This document shows, one piece after another, positions 12,501 through 24,500 of a stretch of DNA of 64,000 nt (the first letter of the stretch is position 1; every line of letters begins with the position of its first letter). Both the position numbers and the translations under genes were made by a program. A model generated the notes under the pieces. That model ran no database searches, had not been told where the DNA came from, and saw nothing but the letters and a program-made list of their open reading frames with translations. Source of the stretch: Phoronis australis (Eukaryota > Animalia > Phoronida); assembly GCA_002633005.1 (NCBI GenBank), contig NMRA01000343.1, forward strand, positions 1 to 64,000, given 5' to 3'.

Positions 12501-15500
12501 GGTCTTTGCTTGGCTTTTGGCTCTCCAGTAGTTAGCCAATGGTTATACGCAGTCTGATGAGTGTAGAAAATGCAGAACGTTGTGTGCGTTTTTGTTATGG
12601 ATCAGAAAAAAAATTTCAGCATTTCTGTGTGGCAGATACAGAAACTTGCAAGAGTTAGAAAAACAGAAGCCAGTGTAGTATCTTTCTGGAGTGTGCATTC
12701 CGATTTTTCTGCAAATCCGATCATGATATGAGCTATCAAATAGCCATAAATTAGGAAAATTTCAACTTCGGCAGTAGCTTTGTGGTTAAGCAGTTACGAG
12801 ATTGTATTTGGAAAATATTGTTGGAATTTTAATGCACAAGTCACCTACTCAAAACACAAGAATTATTCTTAAATCAAGTGAACATTGCAGTTTTTTTCGT
12901 GGATTTTCATGTCACGATATGTGCTTTTGTGTAGAGCTTTATATTAAATCCTTGTTTTACATTGACTCATATTTAGGCAATTAGAGTAATGTAATCTCAT
13001 TCTTGGCTTGCGGTAGATAAATTTTGTTTCCTTATTGTAGTTTTAAAGCATTTTACTGTTTACAGTATGTTCTAATCAGTACCTCACAATCTGTAGTAAC
13101 CCTTAGTTAATAAATAAGTGAATTATTAACTCATCATCATACACTGGTTTTGCTCACATATATGTTGATGAGTCAGTCTGCTTAGGGTCGAAACACTCAA
13201 TTATTAACTGACAGTGTTACTGAGCTCAAGCCAATACTTACTCTCAGTGCTGATCTATTGATGATCAACTGGACTGTTTGAACGTCTTCATCTCAATACA
13301 TAATAAACGTGTGTGTGATTAACTTGAAATTAACGCCATCTGTGTCACATTTTAACTGTCACTAGCTAGTTGTAATATTATCCACTGTAGGAACCTGCCA
13401 AGTTGCTTGAGATTCCTTTGATGTGCCGAAGTGAGGAGAGACGACCCATGTTAGACTCCAACTTTAATAAGTGAGTGGACTACTAACTACTGGGAATTAT
13501 GTGGAGTGTTTTCATACAAACCCATTCCTCTGTCATGTTTGTTGTAGTCCACTGAATACAGTCATGGGTAAACCTGTTCTTGTTAGAGGAAAATAATGAG
13601 TTCTTCAACAATTAGTAATGGTAAACAGTCCAAAGTTTCGAACAGTGATTGATGTTAAATTGGCTACTAGACCAAGGTTTTGTGGTAGACTTCGTTCCAT
13701 TGGTCATTCAGTCTAAAGACTTTAATTCATAGCTGTGAGCAAGGTTATGCAGTCACCAGACGTAGTGTTGCTAGCACTTACAGTTTGTCCTTCACTTATT
13801 AGTAGGTACAGCAACTTTTCGTAAAGACTGCTGACGCCTGGACGTCGCTGAATTAACAGCCCCATTATTTGAGCTTTGCTGTGCCAAATAATGCAACAGA
13901 ATGTGTTTACCAAGTGCGACTTTGGAGAAAGTCAAAATTAAGTTTTTGTCAATCATGTACTTTGTGGCGTTCATAGTGAATACTGTCACCATTTCAGAAC
14001 ATTGCTCAAATTGTTCCAAGAGATCCATTATTGGGAAAGACTGATGTTCGAGATTCCTCACTATGCCGCCGATGCTTATACCAAGCAAGAAGAACTGAGG
14101 TGTTCACGGGAACACGTCCTGTTGGTGGTCAGAGACTATAACAGGTGGGTTATAGGGCGTGTTGCTGTTTGTTAGGGTCTATTGATGTTGTTAGGGTCTA
14201 TTGATGGGTCAGTAAAACCAAGTGGAATTTGCTTCTTTCAGTCAGTCAAATTATTTTGTGGTGGCAACTGGTACTTAAGCAAAGATGGAAAAGGCCAAAA
14301 TAATCTATTTTGAAATAGGCAATTTTTTTAATCTGTTTTGTTAGAACCGTCATTATTTTATGACTGTACCTGCGTCATCTTATGTTGGACATGCAATGTC
14401 CTCCACTATTTCTTTTCAGAATCGTTGCCTCATGTTATGTTAGATATACGATGTCCTCCACTATAACTTTGTAGAATCATTTTGTCATGTTATGTTAGAT
14501 ATACAATGTCCTCCACTATAACTTTGTAGAATCATTGCGTCATGTTATGTTAAATATACAATGTCCTCCACTATAACTTTGTAGAATCATTGCTGCACTT
14601 TCACAAGAGGAACTGAGTCTGTTTCGGGAACGGATTAAATTCCTGGACAAGAAGATTCACCCAGGGCTCACCAAACTCACCTGGGCGTCTAAAGGCATAT
14701 CCGACTATTTCATCGTGGAGTGCCGCATGCATGCCAGCAAGGTATTATTGTGTAAAGGGCTTTAATCATATTAAGTCAATGTTTTTGGAAATTAATCTTT
14801 TGTTGCCAACTGTGTCATATTTGTATCAATGAAAAATAAAAAATAAAATATTAGGGTGGACTGAGAGCTTAAAATATGAGGTGCACCAGATTGTCACAGG
14901 CCACATGGGTGGCCCATTGTACAGACCACCATTAAGTTCTTGTAAGTATCCTCTCTTTCATCAGGTTTTTCACGAGAGAAGTTTTCAAGTCTGCAAATTT
15001 TTGCATGAAATCATTCCTTGATGTAATGTTTAGAGTGGATCAAATATTGTGTCCACTGACATGCTGCGTATGATTTATGAGGATATTTTAGGTTACTTGG
15101 TATCAATGAAGGAACATATTAATAGTAAATACGCAGATAACATTTTACAAAACTAGAAAATACAAATTGGTAAGAATAATTCATTTCTTGAGGGTTTGAA
15201 TATTAATGTTAAATATAAAATTACTGTAACCATCATAAGATAAACTGGAAAAGTGGAAAACATAATTGATAAAATAAATAAAGTTATTGATTGTTTTATT
15301 TTAGATCCAAGTGATTGTGGACGACTACAAGGGTGCCAACGTCAACATCTCGGTGTCGTGCAAGAAGATCGCGGAACTCCTCCTGGTGAGAATCGATGGC
15401 AAGAAGATCTACGAGAACCTGGAGTTTGATGACGACCAGGAGAATCACCGAGAGAATGTGAAAAAGAAATTACAGCAAACGCACCACGACATCGTGGCAA

Positions 15501-18500
15501 CAATGAGGGGAACATTTGAGGTGTTCAAACACGATGGCAATGAGGTGAGGGGGGGGGGGGGGGNTGGTGGATATGCAGATTTGTAACATCTGATAAGGTG
15601 ACGTACAGATTTTTTAGAATGCTTGGAGTGAAAAATTACTGAGAAATAATCATATTTTGTAATTATTATAAGTGCCTTTTGGGTAACAGCTGGATTTGTT
15701 GTATGAAAGGGGTCTTCAACTTTGAAAGAAAGTTCAAGACTGAATCTATTATCAAAATAACCCGATAGTAAGACGTTTTTCTGGTTTTTCTCAATGTTAG
15801 AAAATCTAAATGATGTAAAACTTTTCTGGTTTTGCAATTATTTAAAGTGAGTAGAATACTGTCTTGGAACTGAGTTTTTCGAATTTATTCTAAAATGCTT
15901 GGTATTGGTTGATGGCAATAACTATGCATTATACTTGTTGATGTTTGACAGCAATACATTCACTTAGAAGTCAAGAGTCTTTGTAGAGCTTAATAACATC
16001 CGATTGACATTAGGTTTTCAATATAACTCACGACAGTCAGTGTATGTTTCTATTGTCTAGTTATTGTTTCAAATCTTTGCTGCACAGGTCCAACAACAAT
16101 GGGTCCGCTACACAGAGAAGATGGACCGCATGGTTGAAGAAGCATTCCGTGTCAACGTTAAGAACTCTCTTCACGAGCTGTCACGTGCCATAAATGGTGA
16201 CGGCAAGTCGACACCCAATCCGCTGTTCCGAGTCAAGGTCGTTCTGGAGGGTACCAAGGTCGAGTTTTCTCCCACACTCAAACAGCTTGCTCAGAGTGTT
16301 GGCAGCATAGCGTCTCACTTGACCACCGCCATCAATGAGTTCAGACGGCTGCCTGATCTGCTGACCAGGAAGAAATCCAACAAAATGGTAAGAGTGAGAC
16401 TGAAATGTATTGTTCATATAGTTTTTGCATAGAAAATGTTCACTTGAGAATTGTGAACAAAGGTTCTTGAGAAGATTTCTCGTGGAATCAATTTATGATT
16501 ACTTTAAACTATTTTATCGTTCTTTTGTTTATGCTTTTTGGCAGATCCCTTATGAGTTATGTACATTGTCTAATTTTTATAAGACTGAGTTGACTTTTAA
16601 TTGAACAGTTGGAGTTTAATACCTCACTGTATTGTCACTTCACATCAATATCATCAGAATGGTTAATTCCAGCAAACATTCCCGAGTTGTTTACTTTGTG
16701 TGCACACCATTAGTAGTATGTATTTCTTTACTGTGTTTCATCAGTCATTGAGGTAATTGCCTGAGAAAGGAAAAGGTCAAAAGTGACTCACTTGACAGTG
16801 CTGGCAGACGTAGTAGTCTCTCATGTAATAAAATTTCATGAAACCCCCATTAAGTACACCTGTGATAATTTGTAATTATTTCGGTTTATTACAGCCAATC
16901 CACGAGCTGATTGCCAAAGATGAGGAGGTGAAGAAGATTCAGACAACTGTGAATAATGGCATGCAAGCCAACGCCAGTAACCTTCAGACGTACTTGATGA
17001 CCTGGGACAACTACCGGGAGATCTGGGAGATACACAAGGACTCGTTTATACGACGCTACAAGAAGGTCAACCCGGCAGTCACCTCGTTTGATGCCGACAT
17101 CTCGAGGTATTGCACTTGAGAAAGGATTCTTGCACTGAGACGTTTTGGAATTGGATTGTATATGAACTAAATGTAGGCAACTGTGGTCAGGATTTAGGAT
17201 TTCTGAGATCTAAATATCTTATTTCTTCATGACTGCTTAATTCGAATTCTTTCCTTCACTTTGAATTATTATTTATGCATGTTGTGTCACAATTTCAAAA
17301 TATGTTGGGCTTTGTTCTTTGTGGGCATGTAGATCAAATGATGAAAATCCGGTCTTAGCTAGGAGGGTCATACCTTTGATTTAAATTTACGCAAAGTTCA
17401 ATAACATGGCTCGTGAAGACAGTCATTAAGTTTACTTTACATCAGTTATAATGGTTTCTCCCTTAAGAGACGCAGTGTTGCCTTTGCAACAACATGCCTG
17501 TGACCATCTTAGCTGCGACGAGACGTCTGACCTTTGATATAATGGACAACAACTTTTATCTCTCATTGCCTATCAATAGTCTGACCTCATGTTGTTTTAC
17601 TTCATTTTAAAAGATTAATATTTTTAATGTTTTTATCTAACTTTGGTGTACATTAATTTTCTTTGTCGCCCAGATACACCGAGGTCGCCAACAACGTGCA
17701 AACCCAGGAGACGATACTCAACATCCAATTCGTCCTACTTGACTGCTCACCGCTCAAGTACGCCATCTTGAGTCACTGCCAGGAGTGGCAGAACAAGTTC
17801 TCCACCCTCCTCAGTGAAATGGCCATCAGTGGACTGAAGGAGCTCAATGAATTCTTGAACACTAACGCCACCAAGTGAGAGTTTAATTTGATGGTTTTCT
17901 TTTGAACTTCCCTGTGCTGATTTTGATATTGAAACGTCATGAGAATTAACTAAAAAAAATTTTTTTTTTGGTTCTTGATGTGTTGCAATTCTCAAAGATG
18001 CATCTTAATTCAATAGTTTTCATTGCCCAGCTAACTGCGTATTTGTGTTTTAAATTACTAGATTTTGCTATTTCTTGTTTTATTCCAAATTCCTTGCTCG
18101 AGGGGTGGAAATGTGCTATGGAATTGCGATGTGCAAGATAAGTTTTAGATAATCTTATTTTTACCTGAGCTGAATTTATGTAACTGTAAACCCCAACTTA
18201 CTATTTGGGAAATAATATAATATACTGTTATTGCATTTCTTGCCCTGCTGTTGAAATGTAATATATTGACCAATTTTAAAGCTCAGCACACTCTTTCTGA
18301 CACGTGGTGTTTGTTGCATATTTCACATGCCCAAAGTAAACCACCAGCCATGTTCCCTTGCAGTGTCAGTCGTCCCCCACAGACCTTAGATGAGCTGGGT
18401 GAGAGCCTGACACTTTGGGAGACTCTGAACACAGACCTGCCCAAGACTGAAGAGAAGTTTGCTCCTCTTTACGACCAGTTCAACATCCTAGAGAAATATG

Positions 18501-21500
18501 AAGTGGCCATACCTGAGGATGTGAGTGATCATTGTTCAGAAATTTCAAGTATGCCACTGTGTGGGCTACAATGCTTAAGAATATGTAGGACCCTTGAAAA
18601 AGGTCCAAATTTGGCTAATGTAGGAACTCAGTGTCTCAGAAATGGCTGATCAGATAAAAATGAAACTTTTATGTACTGTGCTTTATGCACTATTCTCCAA
18701 AATTCTGTTAGGAATTGTTTTAAAATCTTCCAGTTGCAAAAAATGAAAACGGAATTGTATTTTAGAAAACTGTCAGTGTCTTTGAGGTCTCATCTTGGAA
18801 ATTTATATCAAATGAAATTTGATCATGTTATTGATAGCATTGCTCTGCTATCAATGTACCTTTCTTTTTTGCTAAATTTTATTAAAAAGACATATTAGTC
18901 ACATGACTCAATTACTGGCAAATGAGGAAAAAGTCAAACATCAAATTCTATAGGATTTCTTCTTTCATAAAATACATACTTTAGCGGGATTAAAATCTAT
19001 AGATTTTTAGATATTGGCAAAATACACAGACTGGTTAATAAGGTCTTACATAACCTTGATATTATATTTGTCATATATGGAAAGTTTTCTGATCATTGAT
19101 CTTTGTTTCATTGCTTTACACTAGATGTCTCTTGTGTCCTTTCTGTTGTTGTTTTAGAATCTTGTTACTATTAAGTGGATCGCTTCTTGTTCTTTTATCA
19201 CCAAAAATATCTAGTGGACAAATGGTCATTTTATTTTATTTTAATTTACATTAATTGAAGTAGTTTCTGAATTATGCTGTGGGGAAAGGAATACTTTCAA
19301 ATATGGTGATTTGAAAGTAAAGCACACCATTGGCGTCATCTTGGTTTTTGTTGAATAAATCTGAAATTGTGTTTACTTCCTGAAAATGCACATTTTTGTA
19401 CCCATTTCCCAGACAGTGCATTTATCCATTATTTTTATTAACTTTTTTCTTCATAGTAACTGGTTATTGCTGGACGGTGACTGCATTTGTCATGTGACCT
19501 GCATCGAAATGGAAGCCATGAAATGTTTGCTAAGATCATAATTTACCTATCTATACCATTTCCATTAACCTGAAATGACTGTGGTTAAGTTCTGTCAGAG
19601 AAATTGAAATGTCCGTTCTCTAGGTGATGGTGATGCTGAACGAACTCAATGGTGTTTGGGAGAGCTTCAAGCAGACCCTAGTCGACTCTGACTTGATGCT
19701 TAAAAAACACAAGGAGAAGTTCAAGACCAGTTTGCTGGCTCAGTCTGAGGAGTTTAAGAAACAAGTCAACCAGCTGGTGACAGACTTCCACAAGAACGGG
19801 CCATTTGCCGCCTCCATCAGCACGGCAGATGCTCTGGAGCACATTGCCAAAGTCCAGGAAAACGTGGCTAGTCTGAAGGCCCAGGAGGCGACGCTTCGTC
19901 GAGGACTGGGTATTTTCAAGATTGACCAGCCACCGTCGAAAGAGATTGCTGTTCTGGACAAAGTAAGTAGTCTCATAACATCTAAATTTGAATTTTTACT
20001 GTCAAAGATAAAATCAGTTACATTGGTCAAAAAAGGGCATCGCTATATTTGATGACATCTGTGTATGTTGGTAGCAAACATTCTGACTTTTGCTGATTCT
20101 GACTTCTTTCAGAGTCCTCGCATAAGCTTGGAATAACACACACTCTTGTGTTGGTACACTGAGAAAGCTAAAATCTGCAGAAGCCATAGTGTTCTGATCT
20201 ATTAGCACCTGCAGTGTACTATATTGGGAGCGACTGTTATTTGTGAGGGCTGAAGGAGTAGTCAACGTCCTGGGGTTTATCATATCATAGGGTGGCCACT
20301 GTGGCTAAACAAGGCTGTTGTGTATTTGATTTTTACTGGCACATAGCCCATAAACGTTGTTTTATGAAGATTGTTGTTAAGTTCACGTACATAGCCCAGC
20401 CAGAATGTGCGTCACTTGCAATGCTTTGCTCTTGACTTATGAAGGTGCTGCATAAGGTTCACCTACGGCCATCTTATCAGTGACTAGGCATTACTAAGCC
20501 CGACCTTAGGTGTTATTAAGTACCAGACTTCAGCTTTGCAAGCTTGGTTCTGCCAGAAAGTGAATCGTACACAGCCAGATTTTGAGGATGTTAGGGGACC
20601 AAGCCCCCTTTCAAACACGGCACGTACCTATTTTTAGGGGTGTCGTAAATGCTTGCGGCTCAGAAATTGCTGTTGAGCCCTTGTTGCGGCATCCTGTGGT
20701 GACAGTACCTGAGAGATAATGATAATGATATTGGCAGGACCTGGAAATGATTGAGACTGTGTGGTCCATCACCAAGGAGTGGGAAGAAAACTGGGATAAT
20801 TGGAAGTGTGGCAAGTTCCTTGATCTACAGACGACAGACATGGAGAATGTAGCTGTTGGACTCTCCAAGAGACTCAACAAACTGAGCCGAGAGCTCAAGG
20901 TGAGTCGATGTTTATCGTATCTTTTAGCAAACCCCTGAAAGTCAATTCCACGTACATCCACTTACTGTTAAGGTTCAGGTCATTTAGTACAATTTTTGTA
21001 CTGTTTGACTAGGATTTTAAAACATGAGTTTTCCAAATAGGTGTCTAAGGCTCAAAATTCTGAGCTCTGATGTCTTTGACTGGGGTCTCTGGTTTTGATC
21101 CTGTTCATAGTTTTGATCAGGTTCTGAATGATATCGACTACTTATGGTACATTGCTTGTCATGGACGTCTATTACCATGAATATTGTTTGTGGATAAATC
21201 TAGCATAGGAAGACTTACATTAAGAAATTTAATGCAAAAAGGCATGATTGTGTATGATGTAATTAATTGTTTGCATTATGTCTGACTGTCTTTTTTGAAA
21301 TTCGTGTAATAATTTATGACTGTGTATTTTTGCTGTCCATTCTTACATTGACCTACTTTGTGCCCCGTGCAGATGAGACAGGAGGAACAGAAAACTAAGG
21401 GTCAAGTATGTACTCGCACTGCCCCCTGGTGTCACGTGTGCCAACCTGCCATTCCATTTGTGAAACAATTATTATTTTGAGTGACTGACATGCACATTAT

Positions 21501-24500
21501 TTTGTTTAATCTGATGTGGAGTGGTATGGCATAATAAGTGCGTGAAGTGCTTTGCCATGTTCAATAACACTGATCAAAAATAGAACTGATCAAGCTACTT
21601 TGCCTGTAACCCATTGACTGCACAATTTGAAACAAACGTAGAAATTGCCAGATGGTGATATTACCACAATCTGTTTTTAATGTGGAAATTGATTTTCATA
21701 ATGACTGATATGTAATTTAAGATAAATAATGAATTATCTAGCCATGAACTCTGAAAAATTCAAAATTCTAAAATTTAGCTTGACCTTGTTTGATGAAAGT
21801 GAATTCACTTTGAAATTAGGATGGTGGATGATAATTCTAGAAAAACAAGTCATACAGGAAAAACATTGCAGTGTTTTTACCAAAATCACCTGTAATAGTT
21901 TATAAGATGTTTGATGAGTGATTTTAAACTCTAACCACCCAACACATTGCTTTATACTAACAGTAGCAATTAATATTTAAAGGCTGTAGTCAGATTGAAA
22001 CTAAAATATTTAGTCACAGACTTTGATATCCTATTGAATAAGAATTTAATATTTGCATTTAATGTTCTTTGTTCATTGTAAGGTAACAAAACAGTAGACA
22101 CAGCTTGGTTATTCTCTAAAGAAAAGTATTTTACTAAATGCTACCATGGTAATTTTTCCTGCAGGACAAACAGTGGGAGATTGTGGAGGTTAGTAAGGGC
22201 AAAGTCGATCAGTTCAAGCGAACAATGCCACTGATCACTGACCTCAAGAACCCGGCCATGCGAGGGCGCCACTGGACAGAGATCAAGAACAATGTGGTTC
22301 ACAAGGCATTTGACCAAGACTCAGCTGATTTCACCTTGGAGAAGATCATCGAGTACGGGTTTGACCAGTATGGGGAAAATATCAATGACATCTCTGGAGC
22401 AGCCACCAAAGAACTGGCCATTGAACAGGTAGAACTTCGCACCTTAATTGCTTGGATACCAATATTTAAAACTGGGATTGTTCAAACTGGACATGGATCA
22501 AATAGTCTCTGAAATTTCTTGGGATGTATAAACTATGGGCTCACTGTTTTCGTTATTAGAGGTGCTGCATAAAACTTTGACGTGACAAGAGGTTTTTCAA
22601 GTTAGTGAATTCCTAATTTTCTTGTGAACAGTATTTTGATTCCATAGCAATAAGAAATAATTCAATCGTTTTGCAACTGTTGAGAAGGCGAGAACCTATT
22701 CATGCGTGTCTTTTCGTCATAATTTTTCCAGAATTTTCCTAACATTTTTTAATCGAGTGAAAACACATTGTGAAATTTTAAGATTCTAGAAAAAAATTTA
22801 AAAAAAAAGATTTGCATGAATAGACCTCATATGAAGTTGCGTCAGTGTTAAAAAAATCCATTTGTGTGGCTTTTCATGATGCAGTAATCTGTTCCAACTC
22901 TTTAATCTTGATATACATCTATTTCCTCATCACAGTCGCTGAAAAATATCAGTAACACGTGGGAGTCCATCGAGTTGGACATCGGACCCTACAAAGAGAA
23001 AGGTCACTTTAAGATTCGCAGCACAGACGACGTGTTCACCGCACTGGAGGACAACCAGGTGCAACTGTCCACCATGAAGGCGTCACGCTTTGTCAAGGCT
23101 TTTGAGCAGGACGTGGACCACTGGGAAAGAACGTTGTCACACATCCTGGAGGTGGTGGAGATGCTGTTGACGGTGCAGAGGCAGTGGATGTATTTGGAGG
23201 TAAGTTGGGAGAAGATGCAAGAGGGGAGAAGTGGATGGAGGTAGGAGGGAGGGAGGGAGAGGTGAAAGAGGAACGAAAGGATGGACAGGAAGAATCCTGG
23301 AAGTAGTACTTAGAGGTGAGTTGGGAGAGGATGTAGGTCGAGGGAAGAAATGGATGAAAGGACATGGTAGGTCAGAAGGGATGCATCTTGGAGGTGGTAG
23401 AGATGCTATTGTTGGTAGAGATGCAGTGGATGTACTTGGAAGAGGCTGGCAGGAACGCAGGGAGAAGTAAGAGAAGGATGGACTCGTCCTGGAGGTGGTG
23501 GAGATGCTGAGAATGGTGTATGTCCTGGGGGATGTGTTGGGAGAGAACGTGAAATGGGAAGGGATGAAAAGAGAATGTAAGAGAGAACACACTGGAGTTA
23601 TCTGAGATGCAGTTGACACCATGTGCATATATAAAGGTCACTGGAGCAGAGGAGACAGATAGGAGAGGGTATAATTTGAAGAGTGTATGGGAAAAGAGTA
23701 GTATGGTTCAAAAGATGTCTGTAGATGTAGGTGACAGAGACAAGGGAGCTAGGGATGTCATAGATGAAGGAATGGGCAAGGAAGAGAGAAAGGTAAGGGG
23801 AAGTAGAGAAAGGGATGGGGAAGAGGACATGGGAAATGAAGATGCATCTGGAAGTCTTAGAGAGAGTTTTGCACATTACGGGTTTGTTGATATTTTTGCA
23901 TCGGGCTCTGCTTCCATAGGGTAGTAAAGAATTCTTAAAATTCTTGACATGTGCTGGGTATATACTGTTCAGTATGAAAGTTGTGTCACTTTCCCTCTTG
24001 CAGAACATCTTCCTTGGTGAAGACATTCGTAAGCAGCTGCCTCGTGAGTCAGCAGAGTTTGACAACATCAACGTTAACTGGAAAGTTATCATGACGAGGC
24101 TGAATAAGGACAAGAACGCTCTGAGGGGAACACATCACAAGGGTATGTACAAATGCTCTGAGGGGAACACATCACAAGGGTATGTACAAGTGCTCTGAGG
24201 GGAACACATCACAAGGGTATGTACAAATGCTCTGAGGGGAACACATCACAAGGGTATGTACAAATGCTCTGAGGGGAACACATCACAAGGGTACGTACAA
24301 ATGCTCTGAGGGGAACACATCACAAGGGTTCGTACAAAATAACAAATAGCTGGATGGAAATATTCAATACTCATCTTTTTTGGCAAAGCTGTGCTGCACT
24401 GGTGACAATGAGAATACGGAGCAAACTAAAATTTAAAAGTTTAAAAAACCAGTGGCTTGTTATGGTAATGGGTTTTATCAACAAGTACCTGTAGTGTGTG

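Noticed and set aside
13041-13064. 24-nt pseudo-exon (TTATTGTAG / ... / GTATGT) in intron 11
   Set aside because: In-frame TAA at codon 2 and intron-like composition; kept as a reminder that chance pseudo-exons occur.
23093-23924. Overlapping Pro/Ser-rich and Gly/Glu-rich ORFs
   Set aside because: Arise from the purine-skewed low-complexity intron.
24118-24339. CRISPR-like 37-bp repeats (also 55843-55997)
   Set aside because: No unique spacers, eukaryotic intron context, no cas genes.
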